Source of the DNA: Thermoanaerobaculia bacterium
GTDB taxonomy: Bacteria > Acidobacteriota > Thermoanaerobaculia > Multivoradales > JAGPDF01
Direction: 5' to 3'
Assembly: GCA_046331385.1 (NCBI GenBank)
Contig: JAXLQW010000001.1
Span: forward strand, 196,167 to 260,166
DNA: 64,000 bases
Under the pieces are notes generated by a model. That model did no database searches. It was not told where the DNA came from and was given only the letters and a program-made list of their open reading frames with translations. Below are positions 11,401 to 20,662 of this stretch, one piece after another (position 1 is the stretch's first letter; every line of letters begins with the position of its first letter). Position numbers and translations under genes: made by a program.

Positions 11401-13098
11401 CTACTTCACCGCCGCGAGGGCGGCTTTGCGGGCGGCTTCGAATTCGTCGCCCGGGTTCCAGGTCGGGCCCTGGTCGGCGGTCGCGAGGGCGAGGCCGGAG
11501 AGGAACCCGAGCCGGGTGTCCTCGACCATGCCGGAGTAGTCCCAGTCGTCGCGGATCTGGTCGCAGGGCTGGTGGTAGCAGGTCGACTCGTACCGCTCCT
11601 GCAGCTGGATGCCGTCCTTGGTCGGATCGAGATACGTCGTGCCGCCGTCGAGGTAGAGCGAGGGCACGCCGATCTTGGCGAAGTTGAACTGGTCCGAGCG
11701 ATAGAACGAGCCGCGGTCGGGCAGCGCGTCGCCGTGCACCGTGCGCCCCTGCGTCGCGGCGAGGGCGTCGACCAGGCCGTCGAGCGTCGACTTGCCGCGG
11801 CCGATGTAGGAGACGTCCTTGGTGCGCCCGAAGACGTTGCCGGCGTCGAAGTTGACGTCGGCGGTGATCTTGCCGGCGGGGAACGTCGGGTGCCGGGCGA
11901 AATACTCCGAGCCGCGCAGCCCCTGCTCCTCGGCGGCGACGAAGGCGAAGAGCACCGAGCGCCGCGGCTTCTCGGGCAGCGCCATGAAGGCGTCGGCGAT
12001 CGACAGCAGCTGGGCGCAGCCCGAGGCGTTGTCGACCGCGCCGTTGTAGATCGCGTCGCCGTCCTTGTCCGCCTCGCCGACGCCCAGGTGATCGTGGTGC
12101 GCCGAGAAGACGACCACCTCCTCGCGCAGCTTCGGGTCCGAGCCCGGCAGCAGGCCGAGCACGTTCGCGGTCTCGATCCGGCGCAGCGCCGTCTCCCAGG
12201 CGAGCGAGGTCTTGACCCCGAGCGGCACCGGGTGGAAGTCGCGCTTGCGGGCGGCGGCTACGAGCTCGTCGAGCGACTTGCCGCCGAGCGCCGCGATCCG
12301 CCGGCTGGCGTCCTCGGTGGCCCAGGCCGCCAGCAGCACCCGCGGCTCCGCCGGATCGGCCGGGAGCTGGAACTCCTCGCCGCCCCACGAGGTTTGCACC
12401 ACCTGCCAAGGGTAGCCGGCCGACGGCGTGGTGTGGACGATGATCGCCGCCAGCGCGCCCTGGCGCGCCGCGCTCTCGTACTTGTACGTCCAGCGCCCGT
12501 AGTAGAGGCGGCGGTTGCCGGCGAACAGATTCGGATCCCAGTCCGGGTCGTTGTTGAGCATCACCAGGACCTTGCCCTTCAGGTTCGCGCCCTTGAAGTC
12601 GTCCCACTGGTACTCCGGCGCCTGGATGCCGTAGCCGACGAAGACCAGCTCGGCGTCGCGGATCTCGCCGCGCGGCGCCTGCGCGCCGGCGCCGGCGATC
12701 CACTCGTCGTGCCAGCGCAGCGTCTCGCTCTTGCCGCCCGCGGCGGCGAACGTCCAGCCGGCCGGCGCCGCGAGCTTCATGCCGACCATCTCGAAGCGTT
12801 GCTGGTAGGTGCCGTCGGCGGCGCCGGGCAGATAGCCCAGGCGCTCGAGCTCGCTCGCCAGGTAAGCGCGCGCCAACTGGTCGCCGCGTCCGCCGGGGCC
12901 GCGGCCCTCGAGCAGATCGCTCGCCAGGAAGCGGATCGGCGAGGCGAGCGTCCGGGCGCTGATCCGCGCCGCGGCCGCGTCGGCGCCGGGGGGAAGCCGC
13001 GGCGCTTCGGCGGCGCGGACGCCGGGCGCCGCGGCGAGCGCGAGAGAAGCGACGAGGGCGAGAGTCGAGGCGGCGGGGCGAGCGAGCGGCGGCTTCAT
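11401..13098 (-). CDS. M28-family aminopeptidase, secreted
   Basis: Signal peptide, PA domain, and M28 zinc-ligand motifs (…FSAHHDHLG…NGAVDNASG…AAEEQGLRGS…). 565 aa. Confidence 0.8.
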   Translation of the reverse strand: MKPPLARPAASTLALVASLALAAAPGVRAAEAPRLPPGADAAAARISARTLASPIRFLASDLLEGRGPGGRGDQLARAYLASELERLGYLPGAADGTYQQRFEMVGMKLAAPAGWTFAAAGGKSETLRWHDEWIAGAGAQAPRGEIRDAELVFVGYGIQAPEYQWDDFKGANLKGKVLVMLNNDPDWDPNLFAGNRRLYYGRWTYKYESAARQGALAAIIVHTTPSAGYPWQVVQTSWGGEEFQLPADPAEPRVLLAAWATEDASRRIAALGGKSLDELVAAARKRDFHPVPLGVKTSLAWETALRRIETANVLGLLPGSDPKLREEVVVFSAHHDHLGVGEADKDGDAIYNGAVDNASGCAQLLSIADAFMALPEKPRRSVLFAFVAAEEQGLRGSEYFARHPTFPAGKITADVNFDAGNVFGRTKDVSYIGRGKSTLDGLVDALAATQGRTVHGDALPDRGSFYRSDQFNFAKIGVPSLYLDGGTTYLDPTKDGIQLQERYESTCYHQPCDQIRDDWDYSGMVEDTRLGFLSGLALATADQGPTWNPGDEFEAARKAALAAVK

Positions 13099-13208
13099 GG
13101 CGCGAGGCTTCCTCCCTGGAGCGGCGAATCTAGCATCCGGGTTCGCCCATCCCGCGCTCGCCGCGCCCGCCGCGCCCGCCGCGCGATATCCTCCCGTTCG
13201 ACGAGCGC

Positions 13209-13952
13209 ATGCTCCTTGCGACCGAAGTTCGCGACTGCCTCTACCTCAATTGGGCGCTCGCTCCGGCGGCTCTCCCGCCCTTGCCGGAGGGCCTGGGGCT
13301 CGATCTCCAGGTCGAGGACGGGGTGACGCACGCGTTCGTCTCGCTGCTCTGTTTCCGCCAGGCCAACCTGGCGACCGGCGGGCTGACGCTGCCCGGGCTG
13401 ACCTTCCCGCAGGCGAACCTGCGGCTCTACGTGCGCGACGCGGAAGGCGTGCCGTCGGTCTACTTCGTGCGCATGCTGCTGCCGATCTGGATGGTCCCGG
13501 CGGCGCGCGGCCTCGCCCGCCAACCGGCCTCGCCCGCGGTCTTCGACTTTCCGGCGCGCGTCGGCGTCGCGGGCGAGTGGACCTGGCGGGTCGAGACCGG
13601 CGGCGCCGAGGCGCGGGTGACCGCCCATCCGGGCGCGCCGGCCTGCGCCCGCGCGCCGCGCTTCGGCGGTTGGGAACGCGCGGTCGAGTTCTTCCGCCAC
13701 CGCCCGCGCGGCTACGCCCGGCTCGGCGGCCGGTTGCGACGCAGCGAGACCGTCCCTCCGGCGGCCGAATCGACCCCGCTCGTGGCGCGCGTCCTGCGCT
13801 CGACCTGGCTCGAGCGCCTGCTGCCGGGCGTCGGCGCCGAGGTCTGGGGGGCGCCGCATTCGGCCTTCCTCTGTCCGCGTCTGCCGCTCGAGCTCGAGGT
13901 CGAAACCTGGCGCCGTCCGGCGCTCGCGGTCGAGGTTCCGCAGCCCGGTTGA
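13209..13952 (+). CDS. DUF2071-family hypothetical protein
   Basis: 247 aa. The N-terminus (…RDCLYLNWALAP…) resembles DUF2071. It sits in non-shadow context, divergent from the peptidase gene. Confidence 0.5.
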   Translation: MLLATEVRDCLYLNWALAPAALPPLPEGLGLDLQVEDGVTHAFVSLLCFRQANLATGGLTLPGLTFPQANLRLYVRDAEGVPSVYFVRMLLPIWMVPAARGLARQPASPAVFDFPARVGVAGEWTWRVETGGAEARVTAHPGAPACARAPRFGGWERAVEFFRHRPRGYARLGGRLRRSETVPPAAESTPLVARVLRSTWLERLLPGVGAEVWGAPHSAFLCPRLPLELEVETWRRPALAVEVPQPG

Positions 13953-13971
13953 GCGCGGTCCGCGTGGTATC

Positions 13972-15084
13972 TTGAGCGTCGTCATGAACCCGGTCGATCC
14001 GCGACTGCAACGCCCGCAACGCATCGCCGTCCTGCCCGGGGACGGCATCGGAAAAGACGTCACCGCCGAGGCCGTCAAGGTGCTCGGCGCCGCCGCCGAA
14101 CGCTGGTCGCTGCCCCTCGAGCTGGTGCCGATGCCCTACGGCGCCGATCACTATCTCGAGACCGGCATCTCGCTGCCGCCCGGCCAGATGGAGGAGTTCC
14201 GCACCAAGTTCGCGGCGATCTACATCGGCGCCTACGGCGACCCGCGCATCCCCGACATGCGCCACGCCGCCGACATCCTGCTCGGCATCCGCTTCCAGCT
14301 CGACCTCTACATCAACTTCCGCCCCTGCAAGCTCTACGACGCCCGGCTCTGCCCGCTGAAGGGCAAGACCGAGAAGGACGTCGCCTTCACCGTCTTCCGC
14401 GAGAACACCGAAGGCGCCTACGTCGGCATGGGCGGCAACTTCAAGAAGGGGACGCTCGACGAGGTCGCGGTTCAGGAGGAGATCCACACCCGCAAGGGCG
14501 TCGAGCGCATCTGCCGCGCGGCGTTCGACTGGGCGCGCGCCCACGGCAAGCGCAAAGTGCTGATGAGCGACAAGTCGAACGTCATGCGCTACGGCCACGA
14601 TCTCTGGCAACGGGTCTTCTTCGAGCTCGCCCACGACTATCCGGAGATCGAGGCCTCGCACATGTTCGTCGACGCGCTCTGCATGCAGCTGGTGCGCGCC
14701 CCCGAGAATTTCGAGGTCATCGTCAGCAACAACATGTTCGGCGACATCCTGACCGACCTCGGCGCCTCGCTGCAGGGCGGCCTCGGCGTCGCCGGTTCGG
14801 CCAATCTCCACCCCGGCCGGGTGTCGATGTTCGAGCCGGTGCACGGCTCGGCGCCGAAATACGCCGGCACCGGCAAGGCGAATCCGATCGGCGCGGTGCT
14901 CTCGGCGGCCCTGATGCTCGAGAACCTGGGGCACGAAGAGGCGGCGCGCGAGATCGAGCGCGCGGTCGAGGGCGCCATCCGCGGCTTGCAGACCACCCGC
15001 GACCTCGGCGGCAGCCTGACCACCTCGCAAGTCGGCGATCTGCTGGCGCGCGAGGTGGCGAGCGGCGTCGCCGCCGGGCGCTGA
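13972..15084 (+). CDS. Isocitrate/isopropylmalate dehydrogenase-family enzyme (3-isopropylmalate, tartrate or homoisocitrate dehydrogenase)
   Basis: …IAVLPGDGIGKDV… N-terminus, …NMFGDILTDL… and …GSAPK… (dimer/active-site signature). 370 aa. Confidence 0.8.
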   Translation: MSVVMNPVDPRLQRPQRIAVLPGDGIGKDVTAEAVKVLGAAAERWSLPLELVPMPYGADHYLETGISLPPGQMEEFRTKFAAIYIGAYGDPRIPDMRHAADILLGIRFQLDLYINFRPCKLYDARLCPLKGKTEKDVAFTVFRENTEGAYVGMGGNFKKGTLDEVAVQEEIHTRKGVERICRAAFDWARAHGKRKVLMSDKSNVMRYGHDLWQRVFFELAHDYPEIEASHMFVDALCMQLVRAPENFEVIVSNNMFGDILTDLGASLQGGLGVAGSANLHPGRVSMFEPVHGSAPKYAGTGKANPIGAVLSAALMLENLGHEEAAREIERAVEGAIRGLQTTRDLGGSLTTSQVGDLLAREVASGVAAGR

Positions 15085-15131
15085 GCCGGCGCGCCGTCGC
15101 CAGCCCGTCGCCGCGCGGCGAGGAGGATTCC

Positions 15132-16379
15132 ATGCGACCGAGCGAAGGCGAGTTGATCCACGACTGGAACCTGGCCGAGGAGACGCCGCACCCGGCGCGC
15201 GGCCGGGTGGAGTTGAACGACGAGACGCTGCGCGACGGCCTGCAGTCGCCTTCGGTCAAGACGCCGTCGATCGAACAGAAGCTCGCGGTCCTGCACGGCC
15301 TGGCGGCGATCGGCATCGACGCGCTCGACATCGGCCTGCCGGGCGCCGGAGCGCACGTGGTGCGCGACGTCTCGCGCCTCGCCCAGGAGATCGCCGACCA
15401 GCGCCTGCCGATCGCCCCCAACTGCGCGGCGCGCACCCTCGAGGCCGACATCCGGCCGATCGTCGAGATCTCGCAGCAGGCCGGCATCGCGATCGAGGCC
15501 GCCTGCTTCCTCGGCTCGTCGCCCATCCGCCAATACGCCGAGGGCTGGGAGCTCGAAGCGATGGTCCGGCTGGTGACCGGGGCGGTGGGTTTCGCCGTCG
15601 GGCACGGCCTGCCGGTGATGTTCGTCACCGAGGACTCGACGCGCGCCCGACCGGACGATCTAGCGCGGCTCTACCTCGCGGCGATCGAGGCCGGGGCGCG
15701 GCGCATCTGCATCGCCGACACCGTCGGCCACGCGACCCCGGCCGGAACCCGCGCCCTGGTCACCTTCCTGCGGCGCACGATCGACGCCACCGGCGAGCGG
15801 GTGGAGATCGACTGGCACGGTCACAACGATCGCGGTCTGGCGATCGCCAACTGCATCGCCGCCGCCGAGGCGGGAGCCGACCGCATCCACGGCACGTTGA
15901 TCGGCATCGGCGAGCGGGTCGGCAACGCGCAGCTCGACCAGATCCTGGTGAATTTCGAGCTCCTGGGCTGGAGCCGGCGCAACCTCGCCCCGCTGTCGGG
16001 GCTCTGCGACCTCGTGGCGCAGGCCACCGGCGTGCCGATCCCCGAGTCCTATCCGATCTTCGGCCGCGACGCCTTTCGCACCCAGACCGGGGTGCACGCC
16101 GCCGCCATCCTCAAGGCGCGGGCCAAAGGCGACGACTGGCTCGCCGACCGGGTCTATTCCTCGATCCCGGCGGCGCTCGTCGGCCGCCGCCAGCGAGTCG
16201 AGATCGGGCCGATGAGCGGCCAGGCGAACGTCACCTACTGGCTGCTCGACCACGGCTTCGAGCCCGCGGCCGAGCTGGTGCAGGAGATCTTCCGCGCCGC
16301 CAAGGGCTCCGCGACCACCCTCGAGGAAGAGACCGTGCTCGCCATCTGCCGCGCCCACGGCGCCGTCGCGCGCGGTTGA
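15132..16379 (+). CDS. 2-Isopropylmalate synthase / homocitrate synthase-family DRE-TIM metallolyase
   Basis: …LNDETLRDGLQSP… and …HGHNDRGLAIAN… motifs are typical of the LeuA/NifV/HCS family. 415 aa, no regulatory C-terminal domain. Confidence 0.75.
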   Translation: MRPSEGELIHDWNLAEETPHPARGRVELNDETLRDGLQSPSVKTPSIEQKLAVLHGLAAIGIDALDIGLPGAGAHVVRDVSRLAQEIADQRLPIAPNCAARTLEADIRPIVEISQQAGIAIEAACFLGSSPIRQYAEGWELEAMVRLVTGAVGFAVGHGLPVMFVTEDSTRARPDDLARLYLAAIEAGARRICIADTVGHATPAGTRALVTFLRRTIDATGERVEIDWHGHNDRGLAIANCIAAAEAGADRIHGTLIGIGERVGNAQLDQILVNFELLGWSRRNLAPLSGLCDLVAQATGVPIPESYPIFGRDAFRTQTGVHAAAILKARAKGDDWLADRVYSSIPAALVGRRQRVEIGPMSGQANVTYWLLDHGFEPAAELVQEIFRAAKGSATTLEEETVLAICRAHGAVARG

Positions 16380-16410
16380 GCGCGCCGCCGCCACGCCTCC
16401 CCGGCCTTTT

Positions 16411-17079
16411 CTAGTTCGCGCTCGGCTCCATCGCCGGCGTCCGGGCGCGCCGGACGGCCTCGCGCCGCCCGGCAACCAGGTGCCAGACGACGATCGCCGC
16501 CAGCCCGGTGGCGTAGAGCGCCATCCAGACCGTCGCGCCGCGCGGCAAGCTGGTGACGGTGAAGTTGGCGATCTGCTTGGTGCCGAAAATCGCCGGCATG
16601 AACGGATCCATGTGCACCGGCGCCTTGGGATCGAGGTTGTGCCCGAGAACGTAGAGCTTGTAGACGAACCGGCCGAGCGAGAAGAGGGTGAAGTAGCCGG
16701 TCATCACCGCCAGGTCGATCAGCGCGCGCACGTCGCCGATCGCCGCCACCCGCAGCGTCAGAATGACCAGCGCGCCGATCGCGAACGGGAGCCAGTCGAG
16801 ATCCGACAGGGCGGCGCGGTCGATCTTCGACATGCCGATGTAGTGGTTCAGGGTGTTGATCTCCTGGATGTCGTTTCCGCCCCGGCCGCCTTCGACCTTG
16901 TGGGCGTAGATGTCGAGCGCCAGGCCGGCCGGGTACTGCGGCGCCACCATGGAGATCCGCCACAGCGGCTGGGTGAAGGCGGCGATCAGCGGGACGATCA
17001 ACAAGGCGATGGCGAAACGCGCCCGCAGACGGACCGGCGTGGCGAGGAAGTGGAAGAACTTGTCGAGCGGAATGCGCAT
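16411..17079 (-). CDS. Polytopic membrane protein, candidate NosB-like nos accessory protein
   Basis: 222 aa with several hydrophobic helices and no low-complexity bias. It is the last gene of the minus-strand nos cluster. Confidence 0.55.
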   Translation of the reverse strand: MRIPLDKFFHFLATPVRLRARFAIALLIVPLIAAFTQPLWRISMVAPQYPAGLALDIYAHKVEGGRGGNDIQEINTLNHYIGMSKIDRAALSDLDWLPFAIGALVILTLRVAAIGDVRALIDLAVMTGYFTLFSLGRFVYKLYVLGHNLDPKAPVHMDPFMPAIFGTKQIANFTVTSLPRGATVWMALYATGLAAIVVWHLVAGRREAVRRARTPAMEPSAN

Positions 17080-17115
17080 CGGGAAGCTCCTGGGAGAAGG
17101 TGCGCGGCGAACGCC

Positions 17116-17958
17116 TCAGACGAGATCGCCGCGCACGAAACGTCGACGCCCGAGCCACCAGGCGGCGGTCCCTGCCGCCAGCGGCCAGCCGAGGCCGATA
17201 GCGAACAGAGCGCGCCCGCCGAGGTGCTGGGCGAGATAGAAGCCGACCGGACCGAAGGCCGCCAGGTCCGGGTCTTGGCCGGAGAGCAGCGCCATGCGCA
17301 CGCTCTCGACCGGGTTGAGCACCGCCAGCGCGAAGATGCTCTGCGGGTGCAGGCGCAGGGTGAGCAGCAGGCCGATGAGGGCGAAATCGGCGAGCGCCAC
17401 CGACACCGCCCAGACCACCAGGACCAGGATCGCCGAGCGCGCTTGGCCGGTGACGTGCGCCGAGAGCGCCAAGCCGATGCCGGCGAAGCACCAGAGCAGC
17501 CCCGCGGCGAGGACGGCGGTGCGCCCGACCGCGAGCCAGGGGATCGGATCGCCGTAGAGCCAGTGGGTGGCGGTGGGGATCAGCACCAGCAGGATGCCGA
17601 GCGGCGCTACCAACAGGGCGAAGCGCACCGCGGTGATCGCGTCGTAGTAGCCCGCCGCCGAGACCGGGTGGCCGAAGAGGAACTCGATCGTGCCGTCCTC
17701 GCGCGCCCGGTTGAGGGTCTGAGCGGTCGCCGCGAGGGCGACGAGGGGCAGCACCAGGAGCAGCGCGTGCGCGAAGGAGAGCAGCAGCCGGCCGGTGCCG
17801 GTGAAACCGAGCACCGTCGATTCACGGCTGGCGGCGAGGGCGAAGACCAGAGCGAGGGCGGCGTAGATCAGGCCGCTCGCCAGCAGCCAGCGCGAGCGCA
17901 GCACCTCGCGCGTCTCGAGGCGGGCGACGGCGACGAATTCAGCGCGGCTGCGACGCAT
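17116..17958 (-). CDS. nosY: ABC-2 type permease, NosY-like
   Basis: 280 aa, six predicted TM helices, positioned within the nosDF…Y cluster. Confidence 0.7.
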   Translation of the reverse strand: MRRSRAEFVAVARLETREVLRSRWLLASGLIYAALALVFALAASRESTVLGFTGTGRLLLSFAHALLLVLPLVALAATAQTLNRAREDGTIEFLFGHPVSAAGYYDAITAVRFALLVAPLGILLVLIPTATHWLYGDPIPWLAVGRTAVLAAGLLWCFAGIGLALSAHVTGQARSAILVLVVWAVSVALADFALIGLLLTLRLHPQSIFALAVLNPVESVRMALLSGQDPDLAAFGPVGFYLAQHLGGRALFAIGLGWPLAAGTAAWWLGRRRFVRGDLV

Positions 17959-18415
17959 GCGCGCCCTCCTCTCCGGCCGCCTCGGCGGCGCCGCGTTCGG
18001 CGATCCGGCGCCTGGCCGCGGCGAGCGGCATGGCCCCCGGCGTGCGAGCCGGCACCGCGCCGAGGCCCCAGTCCATCGGCGTCGGCCGCGTCGCGACGAA
18101 TTCCACCTCGGATTCGGCCAGCCAGCGCTCGCCGTCGAGAGCGTGGAAGTAGACCGCCCGCGCCGGCTCGGGCGCGGTCTCGCGCCAGGCGAGCAGGCAG
18201 CCGGGGTCGTCGAAGAACAGCGTGCGGCCGTCCTCGGTCTGCACCTCGGCGGCGAAGCGGCGATCGCTGACGTGCATGCCGCAGTGAGCGCAGGCGTCGT
18301 GATCCCAGACCGGCTCGACGGCGCCCTGCGGCGCGCGCTCGAGACGCGCGACGGCGAGCGCCAGCGCCAATCCGACCGCGAGCACTCCGGCGACTCCGGC
18401 GGCGAGCTTCCTCAC
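17939..18415 (-). CDS. nosL: Copper chaperone NosL
   Basis: …DHDACAHCGMHVSD… is the NosL copper-binding signature, preceded by a signal/anchor. The GTG at 18415 overlaps the nosF stop as GTGA. I reject the Arg-rich extension up to 18547. Confidence 0.7.
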   Translation of the reverse strand: MRKLAAGVAGVLAVGLALALAVARLERAPQGAVEPVWDHDACAHCGMHVSDRRFAAEVQTEDGRTLFFDDPGCLLAWRETAPEPARAVYFHALDGERWLAESEVEFVATRPTPMDWGLGAVPARTPGAMPLAAARRRIAERGAAEAAGEEGAHASQPR

Positions 18416-19293
18416 ACGCCCTCCTCTTCGCCGACCGCGATCGACTCGAGGTCGCGGACGTTGAGGTTGGCGAGCGAGCCGCCGAGCTCGCTGCCGAGGC
18501 GCGGCAGGAGCGCCAGCTTTTCGGTCTGCTCCACCGTCTTTTGCCACCAGCCGCCCGCGCCGGGATGGAACCCGAGCTGGCGCAGGCGCCGGCCGGCGGT
18601 CTCGTCGAGCGCCTGCGCCTCGACGAGCGCCAGGGCGCGGTCGGCGAGGAAGGCGTCGGCCGAGCCCTCGAACCGCAGGTGGCCCTCCTCGAGCGAGACC
18701 ACCCGATCCACCAGATGGCGCATCTCGTCGAGGCGGTGCGAGCAGAGCAACAGGGTGGTACCGGAGGGGATCTCCTCGAAGAGGCGGTAGAAGCGGTCGC
18801 GGCTGGCGGCGTCGAGGCTGGCGGTGGGCTCGTCGAGCACCAGCAACTCGGGCCGCGAGGCGAGCGCCACGGCGAGCAGCAGCTTCTGCTTCATGCCGCC
18901 CGACAGGCCGCGTAGCGGCACCGGCCGCGCCGCGTCGACGTCGAGGCCCAGGCGGCGGGCGAGCGCGTAGACCTCGCTCTCGTCGAGGCCGCGCAGCTCG
19001 CAGATCGCGCCGACGAGCTCGGCGACCGGCGCGAAGAGTTGCGGCGGCGCCTGCGGCACGTAGGCGAGGCGGCGGGCGAGCTCGAGGCGCTCGCGGCGCG
19101 GGTCCCGCCCGTCCACCCGCGCTTCGCCCTCGAAGGCGAGCAGGCCGAGGAGCACGCGCAGCAGGGTGGACTTGCCCGAGCCGTTCGGCCCGACCAGGCC
19201 GACGCGGCTGCCCGCCGGCAGGTCGAGGTCGAGATGGTCGAGGGCGACGACGTGGCCGAAGCGGCGGCTGAGCCCGCGGGTCTCAATTCGCAA
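18412..19293 (-). CDS. nosF: ABC transporter ATP-binding protein NosF
   Basis: Walker A (GPNGSGKST), ABC signature (LSGGMKQK), Walker B (LLVLDEP). TTG start. Confidence 0.8.
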   Translation of the reverse strand: MRIETRGLSRRFGHVVALDHLDLDLPAGSRVGLVGPNGSGKSTLLRVLLGLLAFEGEARVDGRDPRRERLELARRLAYVPQAPPQLFAPVAELVGAICELRGLDESEVYALARRLGLDVDAARPVPLRGLSGGMKQKLLLAVALASRPELLVLDEPTASLDAASRDRFYRLFEEIPSGTTLLLCSHRLDEMRHLVDRVVSLEEGHLRFEGSADAFLADRALALVEAQALDETAGRRLRQLGFHPGAGGWWQKTVEQTEKLALLPRLGSELGGSLANLNVRDLESIAVGEEEGV

Positions 19294-20662
19294 GCGCTTC
19301 GCCTCGCGAGGCGCCCATCCACGGGCGGGCGTCGACCAGCACCGGCTGCGGCCGGTAGAGCGGCGCGAGCCAGCTCACCGCGTCGAGCAGCGAAAGGGCG
19401 GGGGCGCCGCGGAAGAAGTCGAGCTCCGGATGCCGGGCGGCGAGCGCGCCGGAATAGCGGCGCAGCTCGTAGGGCAGGTCGCCGTAGCCGTCGCGGTCGA
19501 GGTCGTAGCCCTGGTAGTCGTCGAAGTCGTTCTCGCGCCATTCGTTGGCGAGCGCGTCGCCGCCGCCGTCGACCCGCACGGCGAGCGAATTGCCGCGCAG
19601 GCTGTTGCGCACGAAGCGGTTGGCGCGGTCGCTCGAATGGAAGCCCACCGCCACGTCGCACAGGCGCAGGGCGTTGCCGGTGAACTCGTTGCGACTCCCG
19701 GGCTCGAACGGCGAGTGGTCGAGGTAGAGGCCGACGGCGTCGCGCACGAAGACGTTGTCGGCGACCGCGAGATCGCTCGACTCCTTGACCCCGAGGCCGA
19801 TGCCGGCGGCGCCGCTCGAGGCGGCGAACAAGTTGCCGGTCGCGGTCAGGCGGCGGGAGTACATGGCGAAGACGCCGACGACGTTGCCGACGTAGACGTT
19901 GCCCGCGAGTTCGACGCCGTGGCTGTACATCAGGTGGGTGCCGTAGCGGCTGCGCCGGACCTCGTTGCCGACGATGCGGTTGTCGGAGGAGTACCAGACG
20001 ACGAAGTCGCGACAGTCGACGATCCGGTTGCCCTCGACCAGCGAGTCGTGGGTCTCCCACAGGCGGATGCCGTCACCGCGCAGGCCGAGCGCCACGTCGG
20101 CGGCGCCCGACACTAGGTTGCCGCGCACGACGACGCCGGCCGAGCGCTCGACGATCAGGCCGAAGAGCGCGTCGCGAATGGCGATTCCCTCGATTCGCGC
20201 GCGGTCGCCGCGCACGTGCACCGCGGCTTCCTCGAGGTCGTGGCGGTGACCGCTGCCGTCGACCGTGAGCCCGAGCAGCGCCGCGCCGGCGGCGACCTGC
20301 ACGGTGGTGCCGTCGGCGCGCCCGCGGATCACCGCCGAGCGCGGACCCCAGAGGACGACGCGCTCGGGCAGCGAAAGCGGACCGGGATACTCGCCCGGAG
20401 CGAGGCAGAACGCGGCGCCCGGGCGGGCTCGGGAGAGAGTGCCGGCGAGGTCGGCGCCGGTCGGGGCGACCTCGACGCAGCCTGCCGGCCGCGCCGGCGG
20501 GGGCCACTCGGCGATGGCGGTGGGGACGTCCGGCAGGGGTGGAACGCCGCGCGCGCAACCGACCGCCGCCAGCGCGAGCGCCAGCGCTCGGGCGGCCCGC
20601 CCGGCCGCGGCGGCGCAGCGCCGGCGGCCGGACGGAGTCGGATGCGCGGGCGGCGAAATCAC
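19283..20662 (-). CDS. nosD: Periplasmic copper-binding beta-helix protein NosD
   Basis: 459 aa with a signal peptide and repeated parallel beta-helix units (…GNRIVDC…GNEVRRS…GNVYVGN…GNLFAAS…). The GTG start overlaps the nosZ stop as GTGA. Confidence 0.8.
   Translation of the reverse strand: MISPPAHPTPSGRRRCAAAAGRAARALALALAAVGCARGVPPLPDVPTAIAEWPPPARPAGCVEVAPTGADLAGTLSRARPGAAFCLAPGEYPGPLSLPERVVLWGPRSAVIRGRADGTTVQVAAGAALLGLTVDGSGHRHDLEEAAVHVRGDRARIEGIAIRDALFGLIVERSAGVVVRGNLVSGAADVALGLRGDGIRLWETHDSLVEGNRIVDCRDFVVWYSSDNRIVGNEVRRSRYGTHLMYSHGVELAGNVYVGNVVGVFAMYSRRLTATGNLFAASSGAAGIGLGVKESSDLAVADNVFVRDAVGLYLDHSPFEPGSRNEFTGNALRLCDVAVGFHSSDRANRFVRNSLRGNSLAVRVDGGGDALANEWRENDFDDYQGYDLDRDGYGDLPYELRRYSGALAARHPELDFFRGAPALSLLDAVSWLAPLYRPQPVLVDARPWMGASRGEALAN

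Noticed and set aside
10529-12703. 724-aa ORF treated as one gene
   Set aside because: Only the last 273 codons (from ATG 11350) give a coherent membrane-anchored protein. The upstream part overlaps the M28 peptidase gene in another frame and is Arg/Gly-rich.
13150-13200. Short cgccgcgcc ×3 simple repeat in the peptidase/DUF2071 divergent promoter
   Set aside because: Too short and compositionally typical of GC-rich intergenic DNA to call as a distinct feature.
11377-13326. 649-aa plus-strand ORF (also 16480..18270+, 20539..22632+, 39865..41271+, 46807..48186+, 58274..59986+)
   Set aside because: These are antisense shadows of the M28 peptidase, nosY/nosL, nosZ, ATP-grasp, malQ and spermidine-synthase-like genes. 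They have no motifs and a biased composition.
17939-18547. 202-aa NosL including a 44-aa Arg-rich N-terminus
   Set aside because: The extension overlaps nosF and is compositionally biased. GTG 18415 gives a normal signal anchor and a GTGA junction.
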